Below the pieces are notes generated by a model. The model worked only from the letters and a program-made list of their open reading frames with translations. It searched no databases and was not told the DNA's origin. From positions 16,988,001 to 17,052,000 of the forward strand of contig OZ024763.1 of assembly GCA_964016885.1 (NCBI GenBank): 64,000 nt of DNA. The letters run 5' to 3'. The translations under genes were made by a program, and so were the position numbers. The first letter of the stretch is position 1; each line of letters opens with the position of its first letter. Source of the DNA: Eledone cirrhosa. Lineage: Eukaryota. Below, piece after piece: positions 53,679-64,000 of this stretch.

Positions 53679-55291
53679 CCCTACTACTACACAAATGAAT
53701 GTCTTGTAGTAGACTGTTGCTCCTTTTTGCTCCACCAACCATTTAAAAAAAAAATCTTTTTTGTCAATTATATTTATTTATTTATTTATTTATAAGGCCC
53801 AGGTTACTCTACATTAAAAAAAAAAAATTTATAAAAAAAATCTAAAGAAAAAATTCTTTTTTCTAAATTTGGGAGAAAATTTGCTTATTTGCGTATTTCA
53901 TAAAACTTCAATTTTATTCAACTAATTAGCCTTAACCTAATTTTTTTTTCTGTTTTAAAACCGTTTACCCCCAACAAAACATAATTACCTATCATCATTA
54001 TTATTATTACTATTATTATTATTATTATTATTATTTTTTATTTATTTATTTTTTTAAATCTATTTTTGCTCTTTACTATCACGTTGGCAAATTTCCTATC
54101 TTTTTATTAAAATAAAAGACAACAATAAAAACATGAGTTATTAATATAAAATAAATGACCTTAACACTTATGCTTTTTTAAAGTAATTTTTTTTTTTGCG
54201 TGTGTGTGTGTGTGTGTCTAATTATAATTTTCATACAAGATCAAAGTAGTAGACATCGAAGTGGATCTTGAAAAGCAATTATGATAAGAAAACTCACTTA
54301 TTATGGTTTACTTAAAATTACCATAAATTTTTAATTGTGTCAGAAGGCAATTAGACATTAAATTGTATGGGAAATTAAAGATTTTATTACTAATTCATAT
54401 AGAGGTCAGCCACTTCAAAAACAGCTTCGAACAAAGCTTGAACACTTTTCTATTTTTTTTTTTTTTTTCATCTTTTCTGTGTGTTATTTATTATATAGTT
54501 AAGTCTGTCTGTGCTGTCTGAGTCTTTCACTCTGCTTCGAAAACATTAATTATATGTATATATATGTTAGGTAAATCTCTTTCTCCCTCTCTAATATATA
54601 TATATATATTTTTTTTTCCGACGGAATTACTTCACATATATATATATAAATAATGTATAGTGTATGGACGTTAAATGATGGTGATAACAATATAGACGTG
54701 TGTGCATTCATGTGTAGCTATGTATGTATATGTTTGTGTGTGTGTGTATATATATATATATATCTCATCACCAACATTTAACGTCCATTTTCCACGCTAA
54801 CATGGGTTAGATAAGTTGTTCTGTTTTGAGACAAGCTTTTTATATCAACTTTGACAAAATGAAAGGTGAAGTTCAACTCTGCAGCCACACACTCTTAACT
54901 ACTCTGTCAACTCACATACATACAGGTAGACTATTACTAAATAGAGTAAAAAATATATGAAAAAAATAGAACATTTGCAGCTGGAATGTCTTTGATCATA
55001 GAGGTGTTGGTTCAAGACTGACCTGGGCTAAATAATAGCAGCAACATGGTATGATTGGACCCATAACTCCTGATGAAGTTGTAGGGGTGTCATCGAGACA
55101 TATGGTATGCCTTGGGTATTTTAAACCTAGTGGAGCCCATCCCTTCCCTCTTCCTTCAAGTCTGGACGCAGCTGATTTCTTCCAGAGAAGGAGTAAGAGA
55201 GAAAGAGAGAGAGAGAGAGTGTGGTGAGAGTGGAGAATGATAGAGAAGTTGTAAGATGGAGTTGTAACGACCTTGTAGTATATGGACCTTG

Positions 55292-55356
<65 letters not shown>

Positions 55357-55389
55357 GTATATATATGTATATATATATATATATATGTA

Positions 55390-55845
55390 TAAAACATTTA
55401 AATATAAATTAATATATATGATGAAACACAAATACCAACATATCTGTATTTATATTGTAAAAGAAAATTTGGTTAGGGTTAGAAAATTTAGTCAGGACAT
55501 GATATCCTTACACTTTTTTATCTCGAAACATATTTGGATTTTAAAGTTTAAACTTCTCTACGGAACAGGTTTGATTTTGAAATTTAAATGTGTCTAAACA
55601 TCAAGGCCATTTGGCAATACTGTTTGTCTTTGTTGATTTATTATTTTAAATCGATGTGGGCAGACTGTAATATTATAATTAGTATACTTCATTCTAGCTA
55701 ACTAAATCTTCTTTTACAATATAAATACAGATATGTTGGTATTTGTGTTTCATCATATATATTAATTTATATTTAAATGTTTTACACGGCTCAGAAATAT
55801 TTCTTTCTTTGAGCTAATTTCATTGTAAAAGAATTCATTAGACTT
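55390..55845 (+). mobile_element. Family K inverted element with the shared tail hairpin but no recognisable hammerhead
   Basis: Arms 55390-55476 and 55698-55784; GCTC AGAAA tatttc TTTCT TT GAGC at 55789-55814; flanked by (TA)n. Confidence 0.65.
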
Positions 55846-55857
55846 AATATATATATG

Positions 55858-55925
<68 letters not shown>

Positions 55926-55928
55926 GTG

Positions 55929-55968
<40 letters not shown>

Positions 55969-56115
55969 TATGTGTGTATATATATATATATATATGTGTA
56001 TATATATATATATGTGTATATATATATATATATATATGTGTATATATATATATATATATGTGTATATATATATATATGTGTATATATATATATATGTGTG
56101 TATATATATATATAT

Positions 56116-56147
<32 letters not shown>

Positions 56148-56190
56148 GTATGTATATATATATGTGTATATATGTATATGTATGTATATA

Positions 56191-56231
<41 letters not shown>

Positions 56232-56828
56232 ATATATATGTATATATATGTATGTATATATATATGTATATATATGTATGTATATATATATATATATATG
56301 TGTATATATATGTATATATATATATGTATATATATATGTATATGTATATATATATATGTATATATATATGTATATGTATATATATATATGTATATATATA
56401 TGTATATGTATATATATATATGTATATGTATATGTATATATATATATGTATATGTATATGTATATATATATATGTATATATATATGTATATGTATATATA
56501 TATATGTATATGTATATATGTATATGTATATATATATATGTATATGTATATGTATATGTATATATGTATATGTATATATATATATGTATATATGTATATA
56601 TGTATATATATATATGTATATATGTATATGTATATATATATATGTATATATATATATGTATATATGTATATGTATATATATATATGTATATATGTATATG
56701 TATATATATATATGTATATATATATATGTATATATATATATGTATATATATATATGTATATATATATATGTATGTATATATATATGTATATATATATGTA
56801 TATATATATGTATATATATATGTATATG

Positions 56829-56878
<50 letters not shown>

Positions 56879-56887
56879 TGTATATAC

Positions 56888-56933
<46 letters not shown>
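55846..56933. repeat. (TA)n/(TATG)n array
   Basis: Direct reading. Confidence 0.97.
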
Positions 56934-56938
<5 letters not shown>

Positions 56939-56979
56939 CGAAACATAGGTTAATTGCATGAACTCATAATCCTTTATTT

Positions 56980-57035
56980 ACTGCTATATATATTTTGATG
57001 ATAGCCATTGAATGTCTATGACCTCATCAGGCAGT
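56980..57035 (-). ncRNA. degenerate hammerhead, family D-related (G12>A)
   Basis: ACTGC-CTGATGA-GGTcATAG..CTATcATC-aAAA TATATA T-A-GCAGT. Confidence 0.65.
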
Positions 57036-57094
57036 TAGTCAGTCTTTAGATATGCCAGCTCTGTGTTTATAGTGTTGATGGTATCAGAGCCTTG

Positions 57095-57126
<32 letters not shown>

Positions 57127-57128
<2 letters not shown>

Positions 57129-57311
57129 CGGAGGAAATGTGGTAAGGAACCAGGTGGACCATAACGCACCAAAGTACTCAATACTTAGGGTAGTAGAGCT
57201 GGTAATAGGAACGAGTAGGACCCCGACGGCTGAGCTCAAGCCGTTTCGACGGCTAATTCTGAATTAACCTTCGTAACGGCTTGAGCTCAGCTGTCGGGGT
57301 CCTACTCGTTC

Positions 57312-57369
<58 letters not shown>

Positions 57370-57758
57370 GATGTTTGTAAAAGGTAAACAGAAATAACAA
57401 CACAATCAGGACAGTATATGGAAGGTATATATATTAGGTTAACGCTTGATATAACAGGAAGAGGGTCTTAACTGTCGGTTGTGAAGTAGATAAAAGAAAG
57501 CACTCAAAGACCTGTTTTAAGGTACAAGCTGGAGCATTATATGAATATGACTCAGATTGTTTATTGATATATATATATATATATATAACGAAGGAAATGT
57601 GGTAAGGAACCAGGTGGACCATAACGCACCAAAGTACTCAATACTTGGGGTAGTAGAGTGGGTAATAGGAACCAGTAAGACCCCGACAGCTGAGCTCAAG
57701 CCATTTCGACGGCTACGAAACGGCTTGAGCTCAGCTGTCGGGGTCTTACTGGTTCCTA
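57127..57758 (-). mobile_element. two family C elements (57127-57313, 57587-57758)
   Basis: Reverse complements of 45487-45680 with different palindrome centres. Confidence 0.82.
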
Positions 57759-57959
57759 TATCTATATATATATATATATATATCATAGATTGAGTTATTT
57801 GCAATTGGAACACATGTATACTTGTATCTGTGTTCATCTCTCATATATACAATTATATATATATATATATATATACATATAAAAGTTTATATACATACAC
57901 ATACATATACGTATTTTGCAACCGGTTACTTTGTGGCTCAATGAAAAATTAATAATTAA

Positions 57960-58023
57960 TAAAATAAACTAGGAGAAAATAGAATACATTTAAATGTATT
58001 CTATTTTCTCCTAGTTTATTTTA
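57960..58023. repeat. perfect 64-bp palindrome
   Basis: TAAAATAAACTAGGAGAAAATAGAATACATTT followed by its reverse complement, no spacer. Confidence 0.92.
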
Positions 58024-58830
58024 AACCCAATTCTGTTTAGTTGACTGTATCTGGGAGATTACGCTCTTGAAATATTCGATAAATATTCCACTATGGCCGA
58101 TGTGAAGCGCTAGTTTTGGTTATTTGTCGGAGATTCCTTCATAGAAGCCTCATTCGTATAGCCTGGTCTATTCGATTTTTTATATAGTTAATTGTGCTAA
58201 TTGGGAGAGGAAATAGTATATATTTTATCTTGTGATTCTATAGACATGTTTTATGATATATATATATATATATATATATATATCCATCCAAAATTAAATT
58301 AAGGGTTGTCATGTCTGAGAGACATGCGCCATATCCACTGTAGAATAAGCTCAAAGATTCCAATGAATAGATCCGAGCATTTCATATCAACTAGAAATAG
58401 ATTGACATATGGTACAATCACAGGGAATAATCTGTAAAGAATGTAAGCACACATAGCTAGGTAGGTAACCAATTAAAGTTTAACTAGAACTTCAAATATA
58501 GATACCTATTAAAATGATTAATCTCCTTTGTATATATTTCTTTAAGTAAAAAATATATTTCACCAATTAATCAGTAAATCACAGCAGTCACATCCTGGAT
58601 GGTTACATATATACATATATATATATGTATATATATTACTCACAAAAATATAATGGCATGTCTGAGAAAATTTTAAATATGCACCATACCACCTGTAGAA
58701 GAAACTAAAAATACATATCTATATATATATACACACACAGATAAAGCCACCAATTAATCCATATGTAGATGTCGTGAAGCAAAGTTTAAAATACAGAATT
58801 TCAACGATATAATTCATTGGAAGCAGTCAA

Positions 58831-59010
58831 AATAATACAAATAGTGAAAACAATGAAATTAAACAGAATTATTTTGTTTAATTTCATTATTTTCACTATT
58901 TATATTGTATATATATATATATATATATATATAATACAAATAGTGAAAACAATGAAATTAAACAGAATTATTTTGTTTAATTTCATTGTTTTCACTATTT
59001 GTATTATATA
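58831..59010. repeat. two tandem copies of a ~75-bp AT-rich hairpin
   Basis: AAATAGTGAAAACAATGAAATTAAACA..TGTTTAATTTCATT.TTTTCACTATTT. Confidence 0.85.
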
Positions 59011-59049
59011 TATATATATATACAATATATAATGGAGGCACATGGCTGA

Positions 59050-59390
59050 TGGAGGCACATGGCTCAGTGGTTAGAGCATTGGCCTTGCAATCGAAAGGTT
59101 GTGAGTTCAATTCTCAGACCGGGTGATGTGTTGTTTCCTTGAGCAAGACACTTTATTTCACATTGCTCCAGTTTACTCAGCTGTAGAAATGAGATGATAG
59201 GGACTGGGGTCCATATCATTCCACTGCAAAGTGGTCGTGGAGGTGCCACGGTAAAAACGCACCCAGCACTCACTGTAAATGAGGTTGGTGTTAGGAAGGG
59301 CATCCAGCTGTAGAAATCAAGCCAGAATCAGTTCCTGTCCCACCCTTGCAAGCAGGGAAAAGTGGACGTAAAATGAAAAAAATGAAATGA
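59050..59390 (+). mobile_element. full-length 29078-type SINE
   Basis: A box TGGCTCAGTGG, B box, RTE tail. Confidence 0.9.
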
Positions 59391-59401
59391 TATATATATA
59401 T

Positions 59402-59599
59402 AACGGAGGAAATGTGGTAAGGAACCAGGTGGACCATAACGCACCAAAGTACTCAATACTTAGGGTTGTGGAGTGGGTAATAGGAACGAGTAGGACCCCG
59501 GCGGCTGAGCTCAAGCCATTTCGACGGCTAATTCTTGACTAAAAAAAAAATCTACATTTTTTTTTAGTCCAGAATTAGCCGTCGGGGGTCCTACTCGTT

Positions 59600-59603
<4 letters not shown>
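59402..59603 (-). mobile_element. Family C element with the longest central hairpin
   Basis: GACGGCTAATTCT.GACTA(n)..T(n)AGTCCAGAATTAGCCGTC. Confidence 0.8.
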
Positions 59604-59644
<41 letters not shown>

Positions 59645-60063
59645 AATTAAAAACTAGAGTTAAAAACTCACATTAATCCCCTATAATTTAATTAGCTGAA
59701 GGAATAGATTCCAATCTCTTTATATATCAACATATAGAGAGAGAAGTATATATAGAGAGATGTGTTCAATCAAAGGGCATCAAAAACCACCAGAGTGACA
59801 ACCATATTACCCACGGAAGGTTTTTGATCTCCTATGATTGAACACTTATCTCTGTGTACTGCTCTCTATATATTTATTTATTTATTTATATATATATATG
59901 GCGTGAAGAAGGGCATCCAGCCATAGAAACGAGGCCAAAAGGCCTCCAGTGTGACCTGGAGATGGTCATCTGTTCTGGCTTGTCTCACATCTGGACAACT
60001 CATCAAACCCATGTTTGCATGGAAAAATGGTTGTTAAACGGTGATGATGATGACACACGCACA

Positions 60064-60119
<56 letters not shown>

Positions 60120-60977
60120 TATTTAGCCTCTTTTTTTCTTTTTCCTTTTCCTTTTTTTTCATTTTCCTTCCTGTTTCTTTTTTTCCCTTCCTTTTCGTTT
60201 CTTTTTCCTTTCCTTTCTTTTTCTTTTCCATTTCTTTTTCCTTTTCCCGCCTTTTTCCTTTCTTTTTCCTTTTTCCTTTCTTTTCCATTTTTCTTATTAT
60301 TTTTCCTTTCTTTTTCCTTCTCCTTTCTCTTCTTTCTCTACTATAAAACCAGCCACCATATTTATTATCCAAGTCTGTAGCTAGTGTGTAGCTATCAGCA
60401 GTAAATTCCATATGGCGGTACCATAATCTTTTACATATCATTTCCCATGAACATATAGCTAATTGCTACCAACTAAAGATTAAAGGTTGTCATATATAAT
60501 TAATAGGTTTTCTCCCCTTTATTTATTATTTATTTATTTTATTATATTATTTATATTTGTTTGTTTATCGTTTATTATTATATTATTTATTGTACTTTAT
60601 TTTTTTTTATTTTATATATATATACATATATATATATATGTTTACATTATATTTATATTATTTTTATAGTTTATTTGTTTATATTTATATAATTTAATAT
60701 TTTTGTTTATATTTTTTGTTTTTATTTATGTTTAATGGTATTTTTATTTATTTTAGTTCTTATATTTTTTAATTATTTATATTTTAATTTCCTTATTTGC
60801 TATATTTTCTGTTTATATTTTTTATTATTTTTATGTAGTTATTTATCATGTGTATATATACATACTCTTTTACTCTTTTACCTGTTTCAGCCATCCGGCT
60901 GAGGCCATGCTGGGGCACCGCCCTTGTATATATATATATTTATCTCTCTCTCTATATATGTATGTATGTATATATAT

Positions 60978-61585
60978 GGTGGCTGCCAACTCATTTTCGA
61001 GTACGGCCACTACTTTATATCCATGTAGGCGAACCCCTACCGATGCGCTGAACGAGTGTGACTTTTTAGTCCAGCCGGCGACTTGAAAACTCTGGTACAA
61101 ACACTACACTTGTGACAATTATTGACACAGTGCTGGGCCCATGGTACCATGTGACGACAAGTGCAGAGAGATCTGCAGATATAAAGCAATGCCTGTGCTG
61201 TGAAGCTTTTATAGTGAGCAAAGGCACTGCACAAAGCCAGTCCCACTCTCTTAACCAAGACAATATTTACCAAAAAGAAGAACAAGTCAAGATCATTGGA
61301 TACCATCAGGGTTGCAGGTGTTATATCAGAGTTTTCCTTCTCCTAGAATTCTGCCTTGACAAAGGCTAAGGGGTCATCTCTCCCGGTGATTTTGGATGGC
61401 CATTGACTCTTAAGAGCTCCTTTGCCCTTTGACAGGTTTTGTTTTTAGTCCTGCAGGATGTCCAAAGTCACCCTCCTCACCAAGAAACCTTGGAGGGGTT
61501 GCCAGTTTAGTCGCCAACGACCCGACCATGAGACAGGTTGTACTGGGATACATGTTACCAGTAGCACCAACTGGTGACTGACATA
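60978..61585 (-). mobile_element. longest copy of the non-autonomous RTE-derived element
   Basis: Matches 19185-19710 plus ~90 nt of extra 5' sequence. Confidence 0.82.
61502..61582 (-). ncRNA. putative decayed HDV-like ribozyme at the element 5' end
   Basis: P2 CCAGT/ACTGG, J4/2 CTAA, P4 TCG/CGA, P1.1 CC/GG; P1 and P3 pair if three CA are restored to CG. Confidence 0.45.
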
Positions 61586-61621
<36 letters not shown>

Positions 61622-61887
61622 CTACACACATATATATATATATATGTATGTATATATATATATACATACCTATATTATTGACAGACTTGAGTAAAAGTAC
61701 TCAATACAGAAGTAGTGTCTTGCTGGTGATCCTGTAAGTGTACAGGTGAAGCTCCAGAGTAACAAGGCTCACTACTTAACCATATTAAATGTATCTATCT
61801 ATCTATACACATACACACACACACACACACATATATATATACATATATATATATATAGAGTTCATGAAGTCAACACTTCACTTATTC

Positions 61888-61928
<41 letters not shown>

Positions 61929-61944
61929 ATATATATATATATAT

Positions 61945-62290
61945 AATCATTTATATATATATATATAATCATTTATATATATATATATAATCATTTATAT
62001 ATATATATATATAATCATTTATATATATATATATAATCATTTATATATATATATATAATCATTTATATATATATATATATAATCATTTATATATATATAT
62101 ATAATCATTTATATATATATATATAATCATTTATATATATATATATAATCATTTATATATATATATATAATCATTTATATATATATATATAATTATTTAT
62201 ATATATATATATAATCATTTATATATATATATATAATCAACTATATATATATATCAACTATATATATATATATATATATCAACTATATAT
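61945..62290. repeat. ATCATT(TA)n compound repeat
   Basis: Direct reading. Confidence 0.92.
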
Positions 62291-62374
62291 ATATATATAT
62301 CAACTATAGATAATTTTAAAATGATTAATCTTCCTTGTATATATTTCATTAAAGAATATATATATATATATATA

Positions 62375-62765
62375 TCATCATCATCGTTTAACGTCTATCT
62401 TCCACGTTGGCATGGGTTTAGACGGGAATTGAGGCAAGATTGGTTGGGTGACCGTGTTTCGCTTGTATAGGACCGTCTGGCAGGTTTTCTATGGCTGGAT
62501 GCCCTTCCAAACACCAACCACGTTTACAGTGTGGACTGGAGGTTTTTACTGTGTTACCTACACGGCCACATTACAGCGTGGACTGTGTGATTTTTGTCGT
62601 GTCACCTACACGATCTCATTTGTTTCGGCCTGGATGTTGTGGCACCAACATAACTTTACATTGAAAGGGGCGGTGGACTGTGTCTTTTTTGTCGTGACAC
62701 CTATACGACCTCATTTATTTTGGTCTGGATGTTCTGGTACCAACACAACTTTACGGAGAAAGGGT
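62375..62765 (-). mobile_element. RTE-type 3' UTR fragment
   Basis: Reverse complement of 46750-47062. Confidence 0.8.
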
Positions 62766-62847
62766 AGTGTAGGTGGGAGTGGGGGTGGTGGAGTAGGGGA
62801 ACTGATATATATATATCTATATATATATATATATATATATATTCATA

Positions 62848-63461
62848 TCTATATATATAAAACTGAGGATGTCTGTGTGTGTGTTTGAGTTTGAATCCCC
62901 AAAACTCGAAGTACCCAACCGATTTTTTTCAAACTTTACATGTGTATTACTTATGTTTCAGGGAGTGTTATGCATTAGGCCCGCATTAGGTGAAAAACTG
63001 CGTTTTTTCAGTTTTTTAGGGGTTTTTTGAGGCATTACGTCAGACCAATTTCCTTGAAATTGTAACTATGTATTAGTTCAGTCTCTTCTTCATACCGTGA
63101 GCAAAGAAAATCCAACTTTTTTATGGTCTAGGGCCCGCATTAGGTGAAAAACTTCATTTTGTCAGCTTTTTAGGGCTTTTTTGAGGTGTTACGTCTAGCT
63201 GATTTTCCCGAAATTTCAAGGCACATAAAATTATGCACATAAAAAAAATTCATTTTCTTGATCCTCTAGGGCCCGCATTAGGTGAAAACCTGCATTTTTC
63301 CTGCTTCATCGAGGAAGATATTAAAGATTATCCAGCCATCAGCGTATTCGGTTTATTTTCTTTACATATTGTCGAGGCATGCAGTTTTTCCATGATTAGG
63401 TCTGTTGGCGGCCCACGTTCCAAAATACCTTATCCTGTGCAACGCCAGGTACCACTGCTAG
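62848..63461 (+). mobile_element. non-autonomous Helitron
   Basis: A|TCTATATATATAAAACT start, three internal GGCCCGCATTAGGTGAAAA subrepeats, CCTGtGCAACGcCAGG hairpin, CTAG|T end. Confidence 0.85.
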
Positions 63462-63528
63462 TATGTATATATATTCATAGAACACATTCCAGGAGACATG
63501 TATGTATATATATATGTATATCTATCTA

Positions 63529-63580
<52 letters not shown>

Positions 63581-63681
63581 TGTGTGTATATATATGTATA
63601 GCACACATTCCAGGAGATATATATATATATATATGTGTGTGTGTATGTGTGTATGGACATTTTGTCCTTGCTCCTCCATTA

Positions 63682-63765
63682 TACAGTGGTGGCCATAACT
63701 GGACCCCAAAACCCAGGTACCCGCATACATATTAAGTGTAGTATGAAATTTTATATAAACTATAC
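63682..63765 (+). mobile_element. Tc1/mariner-like terminal fragment (also 34128-34203, minus)
   Basis: TA|CAGTGGTGGCCATAA.TGGACCCCAAAA. Confidence 0.55.
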
Positions 63766-63767
63766 AG

Positions 63768-64000
63768 TGAAGGCGCATGGCTTAGTGGTTAGAGCATTGG
63801 GCTTGCAATCGAAAGGTTGTGAGTTCAATTCTCAGACCGGGTGATGTGTTGTTTCCTTGAGCAAGACACTTTATTTCACATTGCTCCAGTTTACTCAGCT
63901 GTAGAAATGAGATGATAGGGACTGGGGTCCCTATCATTCCACTGCAAAGTAGTCGTGGAGGTGCCACGACAAAATAAAAGCACCCAGCACTCACTGTAAA
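63768..64000 (+). mobile_element. 29078-type SINE, cut by the window end
   Basis: A/B boxes and identical body. Confidence 0.9.

Noticed and set aside
55417-55465. ATGATGA-stem-GTAAAA as a hammerhead in the left arm of family K
   Set aside because: Both core boxes mismatch and the stem pairs better on the opposite strand.
59050-59130. tRNA gene
   Set aside because: A/B boxes belong to a multicopy SINE head; no complete cloverleaf.

Overview
AT-rich, repeat-saturated eukaryotic intronic/intergenic DNA; the SINE/LINE repertoire looks cephalopod (octopus-like), which is an inference. I found no credible host protein-coding exon, and nearly all ORFs in the track are microsatellite or minisatellite artefacts. 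The ordinary content is (TA)n/(CA)n/(CT)n/(CCA)n arrays, tRNA-derived SINEs, RTE and RLE-type LINE fragments, hAT- and piggyBac-like MITEs, two non-autonomous Helitrons, and minisatellites that arose inside these elements. The notable signal is about 11 unrelated families (labelled A-K here) of short non-coding elements, mostly inserted in (TA)n tracts and often forming long inverted repeats. They carry 16 hand-folded type I hammerhead ribozyme motifs (three with a U4A core variant), 3 degenerate copies and many half-copies. Most families share a downstream architecture: hammerhead, AATAAA/ATTAAA, a covarying RCTC-stem-(2-nt bulge)-GAGY hairpin, a short tail, then (TA)n. The shorter inverted arm stops 1-8 nt upstream of that hairpin in every case checked. 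This resembles Penelope-like retroelement (PLE) termini with a shared, possibly undescribed RT-positioning RNA element. All folds were done by eye and no autonomous PLE ORF is present.
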